64,000 nt of DNA from Naegleria gruberi (Eukaryota), in NCBI GenBank assembly GCA_000004985.1, contig GG738854.1; one strand, written 5' to 3'. This document shows positions 19,339-30,437 of this stretch, piece after piece. The notes below the pieces were generated by a model. It made no database searches. It was not told the DNA's origin and saw nothing but the letters and a program-made list of their open reading frames with translations. The position numbers were made by a program, and so were the translations under genes. Every line of letters starts with the position of its first letter. Position 1 is the stretch's first letter.

Positions 19339-20322
19339 ATGGACAGTTTTATTAACGGCAACCATTACGATGATGCAATGATCAATACTGATGACGATGA
19401 TTTCCTCTCCTATGATGAAATCATTAATTATAAATCCCAACAACAACAACAAGAACCATTACACTCCAACTCTTCAGTTGGCTCTGAAGTGTCGGATGAT
19501 GAGTGGTTTTTGAATATGGATCAACCCATCTCTCCTGTACAGGCTGGATTAGAAGACTTTAAACAATTTAGCTCGAGTCCTCCTCCTGCAGATGATCAGG
19601 CTTGTTTACCTTCTTTTGATGATATTTGCCAACAACTTAAAGGCAACAACAACGCTGCTCAATCACCTTGTAGTCTCTCAGTTTTCTCAAGTGATAGTAA
19701 TCACTCTCAAGAATCTGTTTGTAGCTACAATACAGATTCTACTCTAAATAATAGAAGCAGCAAGTTTGAAACCTCCAAGTTTGTACAAGAAAAGAAGAGA
19801 GGTAAGAAGGCAAAGCAAGAAGAAGAGAAAACAGTCAGAAAGAGAGCCAAGAAGGAAGTCAGCAGTAAAATATGGCAACACAACAAATTCTCTGCCAGTG
19901 CTTCCTATGTAGAGATTAACACTACTACACCACAAGTTAACATTACTTTTGAAGTGTTTCAGACTAAGAGAAGACAAAATGCTCCTTTGGAGTCTGATAA
20001 GAATGACATTCACAAGATTTGTGAAATCTCCTTCCAAATGTCAAACTTGAACACCACAAAGACTAATTATGTATCTCTGAAAGGTCGTTTGGATAAAGAG
20101 GCGATCTATGGTACCGAAAAGGTCACTAAATTCTACACATGGATAAGATTGAAGGGTACTGAAGAGTATCTTTTTCTCTATTGCCAAACTGGAAAGACCA
20201 CAGAGGTGCATAATATTGTAAATTATGATAATGGAAGACTCGGCACAAGATCCGATCATCTTTCCAAATACTCTGGCAAGTGTTCCAACACTGCCCAAGT
20301 TATTAGGTCCAAACCATACTAG
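19339..20322 (+). CDS. Hypothetical protein with acidic N-terminus and K/R-rich NLS-like stretch (KKRGKKAKQEEEKTVRKRAKK)
   Basis: 327-aa ORF with ATG at 19339. No recognisable domain. Confidence 0.45.
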   Translation: MDSFINGNHYDDAMINTDDDDFLSYDEIINYKSQQQQQEPLHSNSSVGSEVSDDEWFLNMDQPISPVQAGLEDFKQFSSSPPPADDQACLPSFDDICQQLKGNNNAAQSPCSLSVFSSDSNHSQESVCSYNTDSTLNNRSSKFETSKFVQEKKRGKKAKQEEEKTVRKRAKKEVSSKIWQHNKFSASASYVEINTTTPQVNITFEVFQTKRRQNAPLESDKNDIHKICEISFQMSNLNTTKTNYVSLKGRLDKEAIYGTEKVTKFYTWIRLKGTEEYLFLYCQTGKTTEVHNIVNYDNGRLGTRSDHLSKYSGKCSNTAQVIRSKPY

Positions 20323-20676
20323 TACTAACCTACGGTATGCTATGAGCCTGTAAGGGAATATTTATTTTCATATGCAATATTACATATAATATCTTTCATA
20401 AGATGATTATCTTATGGTAAATATTATGGTAGTATCTGTATTTGAAAATAAGAATTCTCTTGTTTTCGTATTACAAAATAAACATTATTATTTCTTTATA
20501 AATTGAAAAACAGTTCATTTCAAAAAGGAAATGCAAAATGTTGTCATTTTCATACAATTCCTGCAACACTCTAACAAAGATTGAAGAAGTATTTTGAGTA
20601 TTAAATAGTTCATACAATTAATTGGACATAGACCTTCTTGTCAACTGGATATTTAAATCTGCAATTTATGTTTTAT

Positions 20677-21804
20677 TTACAAATCTACAACAACTTTACC
20701 ACTCTTTTCACCAGTGAACAAAGATTGTAAAGCCTTTGGAATATTTTCAAGCCCAGTAAACTTGGTTTCGAATGCCTTAAGCTTTCCTTGCAACAACCAT
20801 TGAACAAGTTGAGCAGTTCCTTCTTGGAATCGTGGCATGAAAGATGAGATAATAAATCCCTGAGTCTTCAATTCTCTAACAACATGGATTGTACTCAATC
20901 TCAAACCAGTTTCTGGATTTTGTTCATTGTAACTGCTAATAGCTCCACAAAATGAAATTCTACCTTTACAATTCATGGCCAAAGTTACAGCATCCAAAAT
21001 AAATCCACCAGTATTATCAAAATAACAATCGACACCTTTTGGACATTCTTCATCAATGGCCTTCTTCAACTCATTGACATTATTATTGAACTTTTTGTAA
21101 TTAATGACAGCATCAAATCCATTTTCAAGCAATTCCTTAACATTGTCATTTCCTGAAATACCAACAACTCTACATCCTAAAATTTTACCAATTTGTCCAA
21201 CAACACTTCCAACAGCACCAGAAGCAGCACTAACGACAATAGTTTCACCTTCCTTAGGAGCACAAATATCAATCAAACCAAAATAGGAAGTCAATCCTGG
21301 CATACCCAAAACACCCAAAAAATATGAAAGTGGAATTCCACTTACACCTTCTAATTTTCTCAAATAAACACTCTTATCACTCAAATCAACAACTTGTTCT
21401 AATACCCAAGGTAATGCACCATAGACAATATCTCCTTCCTTATAAGTTTCGGCAAGTTTAGCACCAACTTTGACAACCTTAGCAACAGCACCACCACTAA
21501 CTGGTTCATTGAGTGGGTATGGTCCAAAATATCCTTTTGGTGGTTGTGCACTCATTCTAATTCTCATATATGGATCTATTTTCAATGAATTTCATTTCCA
21601 ATCACGAAAAATTACTCAATTAAACAACTTATTAAATTTTCAATCTCACATACCAACAGAAAGATGCAACAAACGAACAACCAATTGTTCTTCACCCAAT
21701 TGATCAACATTTGGTAAAGCAATTTCTTCCAATTTGAAATTATCCTCCTTAATCAAACCTTCAGGATAGGAAACCAAGAGTAAACGTTTATTTGTTGTGG
21801 ACAT
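20677..21804 (-). CDS. NADP-dependent oxidoreductase of the MDR/zinc-binding dehydrogenase family (prostaglandin reductase / leukotriene B4 12-hydroxydehydrogenase-like), 2 exons join(20677..21575,21654..21804)
   Basis: Exon 1 MSTTNKRLLLVSYPEGLIKEDNFKLEEIALPNVDQLGEEQLVVRLLHLSV. Exon 2 DPYMRIRMS..GMPGLTSYFGLIDICAPKEGETIVVSAASGAVGSVVGQIGKILGCRVVGISG. This aligns along its full length with PTGR1. A 78-nt intron GTATGT..AAATAG in phase 1. Confidence 0.85.
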
Positions 21805-22131
21805 GATGATCGGGAATTAAAATGTTACTATGAGATTTTGGCCAATGGAGAAAAACTCTTGGAGATGGAGAGGTATTTTTTTTATGGTTTTTGGTCAACT
21901 TCCAACCACGGAAGTTATATGGAGAAGATTTCGCCAAGTAGAAATTCGCATAATTGATATTCATTGTGCGATAATAGTGAGTGCGTGCTGGATTTTTTGT
22001 AAACTTTTTGTAAATGGTGAGAAGCAATATATTGGTAAATTACATACGAGTCAACTTACCATTTGGTATTGAAATATAACTATAAGAATGAATTAAGGAA
22101 TAATTGGATTACTAAGCATTCTAGATTTCAA

Positions 22132-24366
22132 TTATTTTCGTTCAAGTGAAAATTGAACAAATAAGGCATGCAATATCTGCTCTGGTAGAAATGAAACTTT
22201 TTCGCAATCATTGAAAAGTTCCTTGCAATGTTCAATTCCAAATAATAACAATTCTCTGTAAAAATCTTTGAAGGAATCTAAGTGTAGATAATTTTTACAT
22301 GATATTGCAATTTTGTAATAATTTGCAGTTGTCAGAACGAAATTATTCTTGCAGAATTCGAGTAGGTTGCTTATTTCATGTCTCAATGCCAAATCAATTA
22401 ATTCAATCTGTTTTGTTGCATCAAATTTAAATGGTATTCCATAACAAGATTTGATAACAATTTCCAATAATTCCAAATCCTCTGAAGGGTCTGGAACAAA
22501 AACACCATCATCACTGAGATCACTAAACGATGATCCACTATCAAAGAGTGCATCAAAGAATATGCTAGAAGAGCTCAAAACAGTTTTGTGGCAATACAAA
22601 TACTTGTCTAGCCCTAGTTTCACTTTGATGTCACCTGTTTTCTCGTCATTGTATAGGTCAACGAGGCCTCTTGGAGGAATTTCAACTTTTTCATCAAGGT
22701 TGATGATTGTCTTTTGAGGTATTGCCATTTTTTGAATAATCGAAACACTATTCTTAAGAACAATTGGACTATTTCCGAGTGGAACGCTATTTTCAGTGGA
22801 TTTTAAACGAAGTGCAGCATATTCCACAAAGTATTCATGTATGTATTCAAAAATCTTGTTTTGTAAGGATAGGTCTTCATTGCAGAATTTGAGATGTGTT
22901 TCAATTTGTTCCCATTGAGAGGTGAATCTTTCAACTGTAATTGACTCTACTAATTTCTTCACTAAATTCTTTTTCAAGTTGATAAATTCACCATTTTCAA
23001 ACAATCCCAATAACGATAAAACATTCAATATCTCATGTTCCATGAATTCCAAATTATCATTTTGATATATGAGTGAGTTAATCAATCGTTGAATTATTTC
23101 TCTTTGGCATAAATTAATCTTACTAAGAAGGTATTCATTTTGCAAAATAATTTTGCAAAATTGGGGTGATTTCTTTTCGATTAATGGGATAAATCCATAA
23201 ATATCCAAAATATTGATTTGATCTCTGGCTTGTTTCTTCAGTTTTGGAATGTGTGTAGAAGTAATTCCAATATGTGGGTAACGTGAGATATCGAAAAATG
23301 AATCACCACTATTTCCTTCTCTTCCATTTCCTGCAATTGTTACAATATTTCCATTTTGTAATATCTTTCTAATTCTTTGATTACTTTGATCGGCAATATA
23401 AACTTCATTTGATGAGACAAAAACACTTGAAGGCCGATTGAGCATTGTATCAATTGCAGGCACATTATCATCACCATACCCTTCCTTTCCATTTCCTGCA
23501 ATTGTTGCAATATTTCCATTTGCTAAAATCTTTCTAATTCTATGGTTGCCAGTGTCTGCAATATAGACTTCACCATTTGATGAAACAAAAACACTTTTTG
23601 GAAAATTGAGAGAAGTATTTGTTGCCAATATGTTATCCTCATGAAATCCCACGAGTCCATTTCCTGCAATTGTTACAATATTTCCATTTCTCAATATTTT
23701 TCTAATTCTATGGTTGCCAGTGTCAGCAATATAAACTTCATTATTTGATGTCACGAATACACTTGAAGGCCGATTGAGCATTGCATTAACTGCAGGCACA
23801 TTATCATCACCATACCCTTCCTTTCCATTTCCTGCAATGGTTACAATATTTCCATTCGACTCAATCTTTCTAATTTTGTTACGGTTTTGATCTGCAATAT
23901 AAACTTCATCATTTAATGTCACGAAAACACCTGAAGGACGATTAAGCATTGCATTAATCGCAAGTCTATTATATACTCCTTTACCATTTACATTATTTCC
24001 AGCAATTGTTATAATATTTCCATTTGTTAAAATCTTTCTAATTCGATTATTAAAATAATCAGCAATATAAACTTCATTATATGGAGAAACAAACACTCCG
24101 ATTGGATAATTCAGCATGGCATTAGTTGCAGGACCATTATCACCACTAAATCCATTTTGTCCATTTCCTGCAATTGTCACCATTTTTCCATTGGTTAATA
24201 CCTTCCGAATTTTATGATTGCCAATATCAGCAATGTACACTTCGCCATTCGATGAAACAAAAACACTTGAAGGACCTTTAAAGTTTGCATTGGTCGCTAG
24301 TAACAGTTGCATTTTCAGTTTTTTAAGCCTTGATTTTTTATCTTCAGTTGTTGCTCTTCTTTTCAT
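22132..24366 (-). CDS. NHL-repeat beta-propeller protein fused to a C-terminal BTB/POZ (and BACK-like) region
   Basis: At least six NHL repeats, e.g. NGEVYIADIGNHKIRKV..TIAGNG. C-terminal BTB-like YLYCHKTVLSSSSIFFDALFDSG. ORF starts at TTG 24411; first ATG is at 24366 (AAAAAAAATGAAAAGA). Confidence 0.65.
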   Translation of the reverse strand: MKRRATTEDKKSRLKKLKMQLLLATNANFKGPSSVFVSSNGEVYIADIGNHKIRKVLTNGKMVTIAGNGQNGFSGDNGPATNAMLNYPIGVFVSPYNEVYIADYFNNRIRKILTNGNIITIAGNNVNGKGVYNRLAINAMLNRPSGVFVTLNDEVYIADQNRNKIRKIESNGNIVTIAGNGKEGYGDDNVPAVNAMLNRPSSVFVTSNNEVYIADTGNHRIRKILRNGNIVTIAGNGLVGFHEDNILATNTSLNFPKSVFVSSNGEVYIADTGNHRIRKILANGNIATIAGNGKEGYGDDNVPAIDTMLNRPSSVFVSSNEVYIADQSNQRIRKILQNGNIVTIAGNGREGNSGDSFFDISRYPHIGITSTHIPKLKKQARDQINILDIYGFIPLIEKKSPQFCKIILQNEYLLSKINLCQREIIQRLINSLIYQNDNLEFMEHEILNVLSLLGLFENGEFINLKKNLVKKLVESITVERFTSQWEQIETHLKFCNEDLSLQNKIFEYIHEYFVEYAALRLKSTENSVPLGNSPIVLKNSVSIIQKMAIPQKTIINLDEKVEIPPRGLVDLYNDEKTGDIKVKLGLDKYLYCHKTVLSSSSIFFDALFDSGSSFSDLSDDGVFVPDPSEDLELLEIVIKSCYGIPFKFDATKQIELIDLALRHEISNLLEFCKNNFVLTTANYYKIAISCKNYLHLDSFKDFYRELLLFGIEHCKELFNDCEKVSFLPEQILHALFVQFSLERK

Positions 24367-24621
24367 TTTTTTTGAAAATAGACAAAAAAGCAGTGTTTCT
24401 AATCTAGTCAATATTACAATGGAGAATTGTACATCAAGGTTTCTCTTAATGATTAATTGATCAACAAGATTCTTCAGATAGTCATATTTTATTTAAAAAT
24501 ATTACATATTACCTCCAATGAAAACCAAAAGGAATCGTGTTGTAAGGAGAATGTATTATTTCCATTTATAGATGATTATCCTGAAATCCACTTTATAAAA
24601 TCAATTGACAAATGATGCTCA

Positions 24622-25744
24622 TCAAAAGACCCAATGCTTATCAACATAAAAGAATGAAACATTTGGATGAGTCGATTGAACAAATTTCAAATATTCACTC
24701 TTCAAACTCCAATAACTTTCTTTATCCAATGGAAGAAACAAAACACAATAATTCTCCCTCGATAATGGATCATCTTTGTGTTCTCTAAAATAACCATCAT
24801 CTCTAAAGAAAACAGTTGATTGAGGACCTTTCTTCCAACTAAAGAAGAATAGTTCCTTCTCCTTTGAAATTGGGTTGAGTAAACGAGAGAGGCAATTTCT
24901 TAAAAGTTCTGAATGCTCGTTGTTGTTTCCAGTTATGGAAATGTCAGAGTTTAGCTCGTTGGTGACCCTATCAAATAAGTTATGAGATAATTCTTGTGGA
25001 TCGTTGTCAGAAGCATTTGAAACTCTTACAATATTTTTTTACAAGTCTAAAAGGCTTGGCTTGGGGACAACAAAAACGGGACATGAAGAAAATTGTTGGA
25101 GGACATTTCTCAAGATGTTGTTGCAATCACCAATAGTGAAATCCTGTGTTGGAAAGCAACCAAAAAGTGAAGAGAGGCACTTCATTGTTGAAGTAGTTTG
25201 GTTTTTTTCAAGAAGTTTGATGAAATTAAAGTTTATTTTGATGAAAGTGTAACGTCTTCTTTCATGGCGCCAACTAATGTAACATGTCTACGTATACAGT
25301 TTCAATCCTCTCTACAAAATACACGACAACGTCACTCGGATTATCACCATCTTCCACAACATTAAACAATGACAAGAATTTTTGAATTTCCTCTTTCAAA
25401 TGAGTTGGTTGACCTAAAATTCGAATCGAAATATTTTGGTCATGTTGATGTTTCACAATCTTGTGAATGGTTTGATGAATATGATCGAAATCTTTTTCTT
25501 TCTGAACGAAAAGAAAGTAATTTTCTGGAATGTTGCTGAATATGGCTTCTTTCTTTCCAAATGAAACAAAAACAACTTTTTCTTCTATTCGAAACTGTAT
25601 CTGAATCTAAAATGAAAGAAACCTACGGTTTTTCTTAAAGCATTCCTCTAAAGTTTCCAAAGATGGTCGGCATTCAGTCTTTTGGGTTGTGTTTCTACTC
25701 CACAAACCACGAAAATTCTGAAGAAAGGTCTGAAAGATCTGCAT
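24622..25744 (-). CDS. Unresolved multi-exon gene or pseudogene, minus strand: several open segments separated by stops
   Basis: Minus-strand segments MQIFQTFLQNFRGLWSRN.., IQIQFRIEEKVVFVSFGKKEAIF..VDMLH*, MKCLSSLFGCFPTQDF.., and ..FFFSWKKGPQSTVFFRDDGYFREHKDDPL..YVDKHWVF*. Candidate short-intron boundaries exist, but phases could not be reconciled by eye. Confidence 0.25.
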
Positions 25745-25782
25745 GCGTTTTTTTTTTGAGTTTTTATTGTAAACGAGATTTG

Positions 25783-25930
25783 TGATTCTAATAGCAAACG
25801 TGATGATTTCACGTTTCTTGTTCTTTCATTAGATTCGAATAGAATGGAAACGTGAGAGGTTGCATAGAAATCATGTAGTTAGAATCACGATTCTTTTTCT
25901 ACCTCACACGTTTCCACTAGATTCGAATAA
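25783..25930. repeat. Imperfect inverted repeat / hairpin with flanking 12-nt direct repeat in the divergent promoter between the 24622..25744(-) and 25982..26668(+) genes
   Basis: Arms GGAAACGTGAGAGGT and ACCTCACACGTTTCC. Outer arms GTGATTCTAA and TTAGAATCAC. Direct repeat TAGATTCGAATA occurs twice. Confidence 0.4.
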
Positions 25931-26116
25931 CTTAAAAAAAATGGTCTAGTATTGTCATAGACACAGACGCTATTATTAATATTGGAAATCTTTACCAATG
26001 GCTCGAAAAAAAATCATCACTCAGTAAGTTTCTTCCACATTCGTATTTCAATTTTATCAGAACAAAAACCTTTGGTCATTATTACAAACCATGAAAAAAT
26101 CCCCAGCTCAACAAGA

Positions 26117-26668
26117 ATGGAATTAAAGGAATCTCTGTCTAACCTAATCCATGAAAATAGAATTTTCTTTTTTGAAAATCATATCAACTTGGAAACTGAC
26201 ATTCCATCAGAAAAGAACAAAATCATTGACTTGATGTTACAAAAAATTGAGGTTGAAAACATGAAATATAATCCTAACAAAAAGTCTACCAACATTCTTG
26301 TGCTTGGACCTCAACACTCTGGAAAATCTTCAACAATCAACACTTTGGGTAAATATTTCAATAGACGAATCCAAGTTGCAATTTGTGATGTTGGACGAAA
26401 GGCAGATGTTGGCACAGTTCACTATGAAAAATTTCATCTCGGTTCCTCTAATGGTCATGAATATCACATCTTTGATACTGCTGGTAAACCATTCGAAAAG
26501 GGAATGGATGGAAATGATGTGAATCAAATTCAAAAGTTAATGCATGGATTGCCAACAGGTGTAAACTTGTCACTTTCTGAATGGATGAATTCAGAAATTG
26601 TTACAGAAAATGCAGTTGGATTTGTGTTCCTTGTTGTCAGTGCTGAGGTTCTTACAAAGCGTAGATAG
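26117..26668 (+). CDS. Small P-loop GTPase-like protein (G1 GPQHSGKSS, G3 DTAG)
   Basis: ORF 25982..26668. Plausible ATG at 26117 (MELKESLSNL..). NILVLGPQHSGKSSTINTLG Walker A motif. HIFDTAGKPFE switch II. Confidence 0.5.
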   Translation: MELKESLSNLIHENRIFFFENHINLETDIPSEKNKIIDLMLQKIEVENMKYNPNKKSTNILVLGPQHSGKSSTINTLGKYFNRRIQVAICDVGRKADVGTVHYEKFHLGSSNGHEYHIFDTAGKPFEKGMDGNDVNQIQKLMHGLPTGVNLSLSEWMNSEIVTENAVGFVFLVVSAEVLTKRR

Positions 26669-26798
26669 ATTAGTTATTAAATGAATAAATATGTCATTAG
26701 CAACAGTATTGACCCAACTTTGAAACAAAAGCATCATTCCTTAAAACTGTAATGAAATACACATCGAAAAAGTTGTCGAAACGTGAAAATAAATACCA

Positions 26799-27475
26799 GT
26801 GAGTAGATATTCTAAACGTGACATCACGTTTCAATTTGGTTCAACAAAAAATGTCTGTAACAACTCTCCCAAACCTTCCTCTCAAAATTCTCGGTTGGTG
26901 ATCTTGGTAAATCATCCTTCATCAACACTCTCCTCAAATTTTTCAATCCAAATATTATGGTTGAAACATGTGATGTTGGAAGAAAGGCAGAAGTTGGTAC
27001 CTTACTTTACGAAAGTGTTCCAGTTTCGTCTGCCAACTTGTTGTTGTTTGATTCTGCTGGTAAACCATTCGAAAATCCAGACGACTTGAATACCTTAAAA
27101 TTAATCTTGCAAGGAATCAAGACCGGAACTAATTTAGTGGAAAATTACTTGACAAACAAGATTGACCTCGATAATAGGATTGATGGCGTTATTTTTGTTT
27201 GTAGAGCTTGTGAATGGAATTCTGTTTCTTTACAAAAATTTGTCAAATTCCAAAATGTTGTTAAAGAAACAGATATAAAGGGGCTTCCTTTCAATCCAAT
27301 GATTGTTTTAACACATTTCACAGAGTCAATGTCAGAGAAGCAATTTGTGGATAAAGTTACAAATGCTGTTCCATTTGCATTCTTGGATAATCCAAAAGAT
27401 CTTTCCAAAGATTTGACACCACAAGCTATGGAAGCATGCAAAAGAATTTCAAGACAATTCAAAATATGTAAATAA
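26799..27475 (+). pseudogene. Degenerate tandem duplicate of the P-loop GTPase-like gene (P-loop lysine lost, internal frameshift)
   Basis: Two ORFs in different frames, 26799..27089 and 26957..27475. The first has VNHPSSTLSSNFS in place of GPQHSGKSSTINTLGKYF. The second (VETCDVGRKAEVGTLLYES..FDSAGKPFE) is paralogous to VAICDVGRKADVGTVHYEK..FDTAGKPFE of the upstream copy. Confidence 0.5.
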
Positions 27476-27508
27476 TTAATCTCTAAAGCTTCAACAATGG
27501 TTTAAGGC

Positions 27509-27581
27509 AAAATGAATCGCCCACCGTGGGGGTCGAACCCACGACCACAAGGTTAAGAGCCTTGCGCTCTACCGACTGAGC
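27509..27581 (-). tRNA. tRNA-Lys (anticodon CTT)
   Basis: Reverse complement GCCCGTCTAGCTCAGTCGGTAGAGCGCAAGGCTCTTAACCTTGTGGTCGTGGGTTCGACCCCCACGGTGGGCG. Canonical cloverleaf. Anticodon loop CTCTTAA. Confidence 0.9.
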
Positions 27582-27937
27582 TAGACGGGCCACGTATCAC
27601 GTAAAAATCATGTGAAACTCATCCCTTAGTTACCATCAATATTTAATGCAGTTCTTAATATTTTCACTCAGTCTTCAAAAGTGCAGAAACGACAAGCACA
27701 TTTGTCTGATAAATTGATCTTCATCAATGACAAGGTTACCATTAGAGTCAACTTCAGTTTTGTACAATTCGATACCAGAAATTCTGCCATCCTTATACTC
27801 AAGTTTGAAAGGAGAGAATATTGTAAAATTAATACAATTTTCAAGATTGAACGGGTTACATATTTATGTTGTACTGTTACTTAGGGAGCGACTGCCAAAA
27901 GTTGAACATTGAATAGTTTAAATTATTACAAATTTAT

Positions 27938-28999
<1,062 letters not shown>

Positions 29000-29613
29000 T
29001 TACAGTGTTACCTCACCCAATGTTCATTCAAGTGATGGAAATAGATAACAATAAATTGTTTAAAATTATATCACCCACTTCTTATTCAATTTTAAAATTT
29101 TTAAGAACTTTGAGGTGATATCTTGGAACTATTTTCCTCTCAAAATATTGAAGAATTATTCAAAATTTCAGTCTATTACATCATTTCCTTATAAAAATCT
29201 TCAAAAGAATTACATACAGTTCATCTAATCAGATATGCTGAGACAGGACTTCAATAATCCCCTCTCTACAATCCGAACTACATAACCATTTATCAGGCTT
29301 CCACCAGAAACTTAGGGAGATGCACTGACTTGTGGTCTAGCTCCTTTAATTGGTAATTAATTAACTATTTGTAATTCTCAATACATTTTGCTCTGAAACA
29401 TGGTGTTGGAAAGGAGAAAAGAGAAAATGTATTTGTTATTGTGGTTTAGTTTCTTAATTAATGAAACTGTTGTGTTTCTATTTTTAAAATAATCAGTTTA
29501 ATTTCAATATTGAAACTTGTGCAAGGAACCAACAAGTGAACTTTCTATTCAAATCATTCTAGGTAGCATGTTTTTTAATTGAAATGTTTCTGTTAATATT
29601 TTTTGAATTGCTG

Positions 29614-30405
29614 TTAGTCATCTATTTTATCTAGGGAATGACGTGTATCTACCTCTTCAATTATTTCTTCGTCTTCTGTTTCAGAACTCTCTTCAGAGAT
29701 GGCTATCTCATCATTGTTATCATAGGCCTGTAAATACCTTTTGCTTACTTGTTCTTGTTGGGCGGCATTGATGGAAGCAACAATTTGAGTACCACCCATG
29801 TCGATGGTTGTGATTTGGCTGGGTTGTTGCTGTTGGTGTTGTGATTCAATGAAGGCAAGAGCATTCGTATCGATTTCAATAGTATCCTCCCTGGTGAATC
29901 CAACTTCCTTCATGGTTTGTGCTTCCATTTCCTTCTTTTTGAAATAGGCCATATATGCCTTTGTAGCCATGAGACGAGAGAATGTATCTTGTAAACTTGA
30001 AAGGGTTGATTCTTTCAATTGATCAATTAAATCAGACAAGAAAGCAGCCGTTTGATAATTGATTAATTCAATGCTCCTATTATCCACTCCACTAACATTT
30101 GGTCCCACAACTGGTGGTTGTTGCTGCTCAGTTTTGAAGATGGCATAAAATTTCTTATTGTGATTAAATGTAGAGGAATCTGTGGAGACTGAATATTCAT
30201 CTCCAATATAGGATTCCATAAATGCAGAAATCTTAGTCTTTAGCTCATAAGGTATTGCAACTTCCAAACTAGAACTTGTCTTGACAAATGAATTGTATAT
30301 ATCACAAACTTTCTTATTCATAGTTTGTGGATCTGTCTTGTATTTCTGATCTTTGAGTAATTCCAAAACTTTACAACATCTCTCAAATAAAATTAATAAT
30401 TCCAA
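29614..30405 (-). CDS. Hypothetical protein with Q-rich and acidic C-terminus (263 aa ORF; first ATG at 30321)
   Basis: ORF track starts at TTG. No recognisable domain. Confidence 0.4.
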   Translation of the reverse strand: MELLILFERCCKVLELLKDQKYKTDPQTMNKKVCDIYNSFVKTSSSLEVAIPYELKTKISAFMESYIGDEYSVSTDSSTFNHNKKFYAIFKTEQQQPPVVGPNVSGVDNRSIELINYQTAAFLSDLIDQLKESTLSSLQDTFSRLMATKAYMAYFKKKEMEAQTMKEVGFTREDTIEIDTNALAFIESQHQQQQPSQITTIDMGGTQIVASINAAQQEQVSKRYLQAYDNNDEIAISEESSETEDEEIIEEVDTRHSLDKIDD

Positions 30406-30437
30406 AGAAAATTCCTTGCAACAAAACTAAACACATG

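Noticed and set aside
25900-25930. TAGATTCGAATA elements resembling a tRNA T-loop (GGTTCGAATCC)
   Set aside because: No cloverleaf can be drawn: no acceptor or D or anticodon arms. Treated as part of the palindromic promoter element instead.
25982-26116. Possible 37-nt GTAAGT..TATCAG intron after ATGGCTCGAAAAAAAATCATCACTCA at the 5' end of the GTPase-like gene
   Set aside because: None of the three exon-1 frames connects in phase to the downstream coding frame with an upstream ATG. The simplest model is initiation at ATG 26117.
29221-29350. Possible small structured RNA (..ACTGACTTGTGGTCTAGCTCC..) between the polyubiquitin gene and the 29614..30405 gene
   Set aside because: No match I can recall to U1-U6 or snoRNA box C/D or H/ACA spacing. 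Insufficient evidence.
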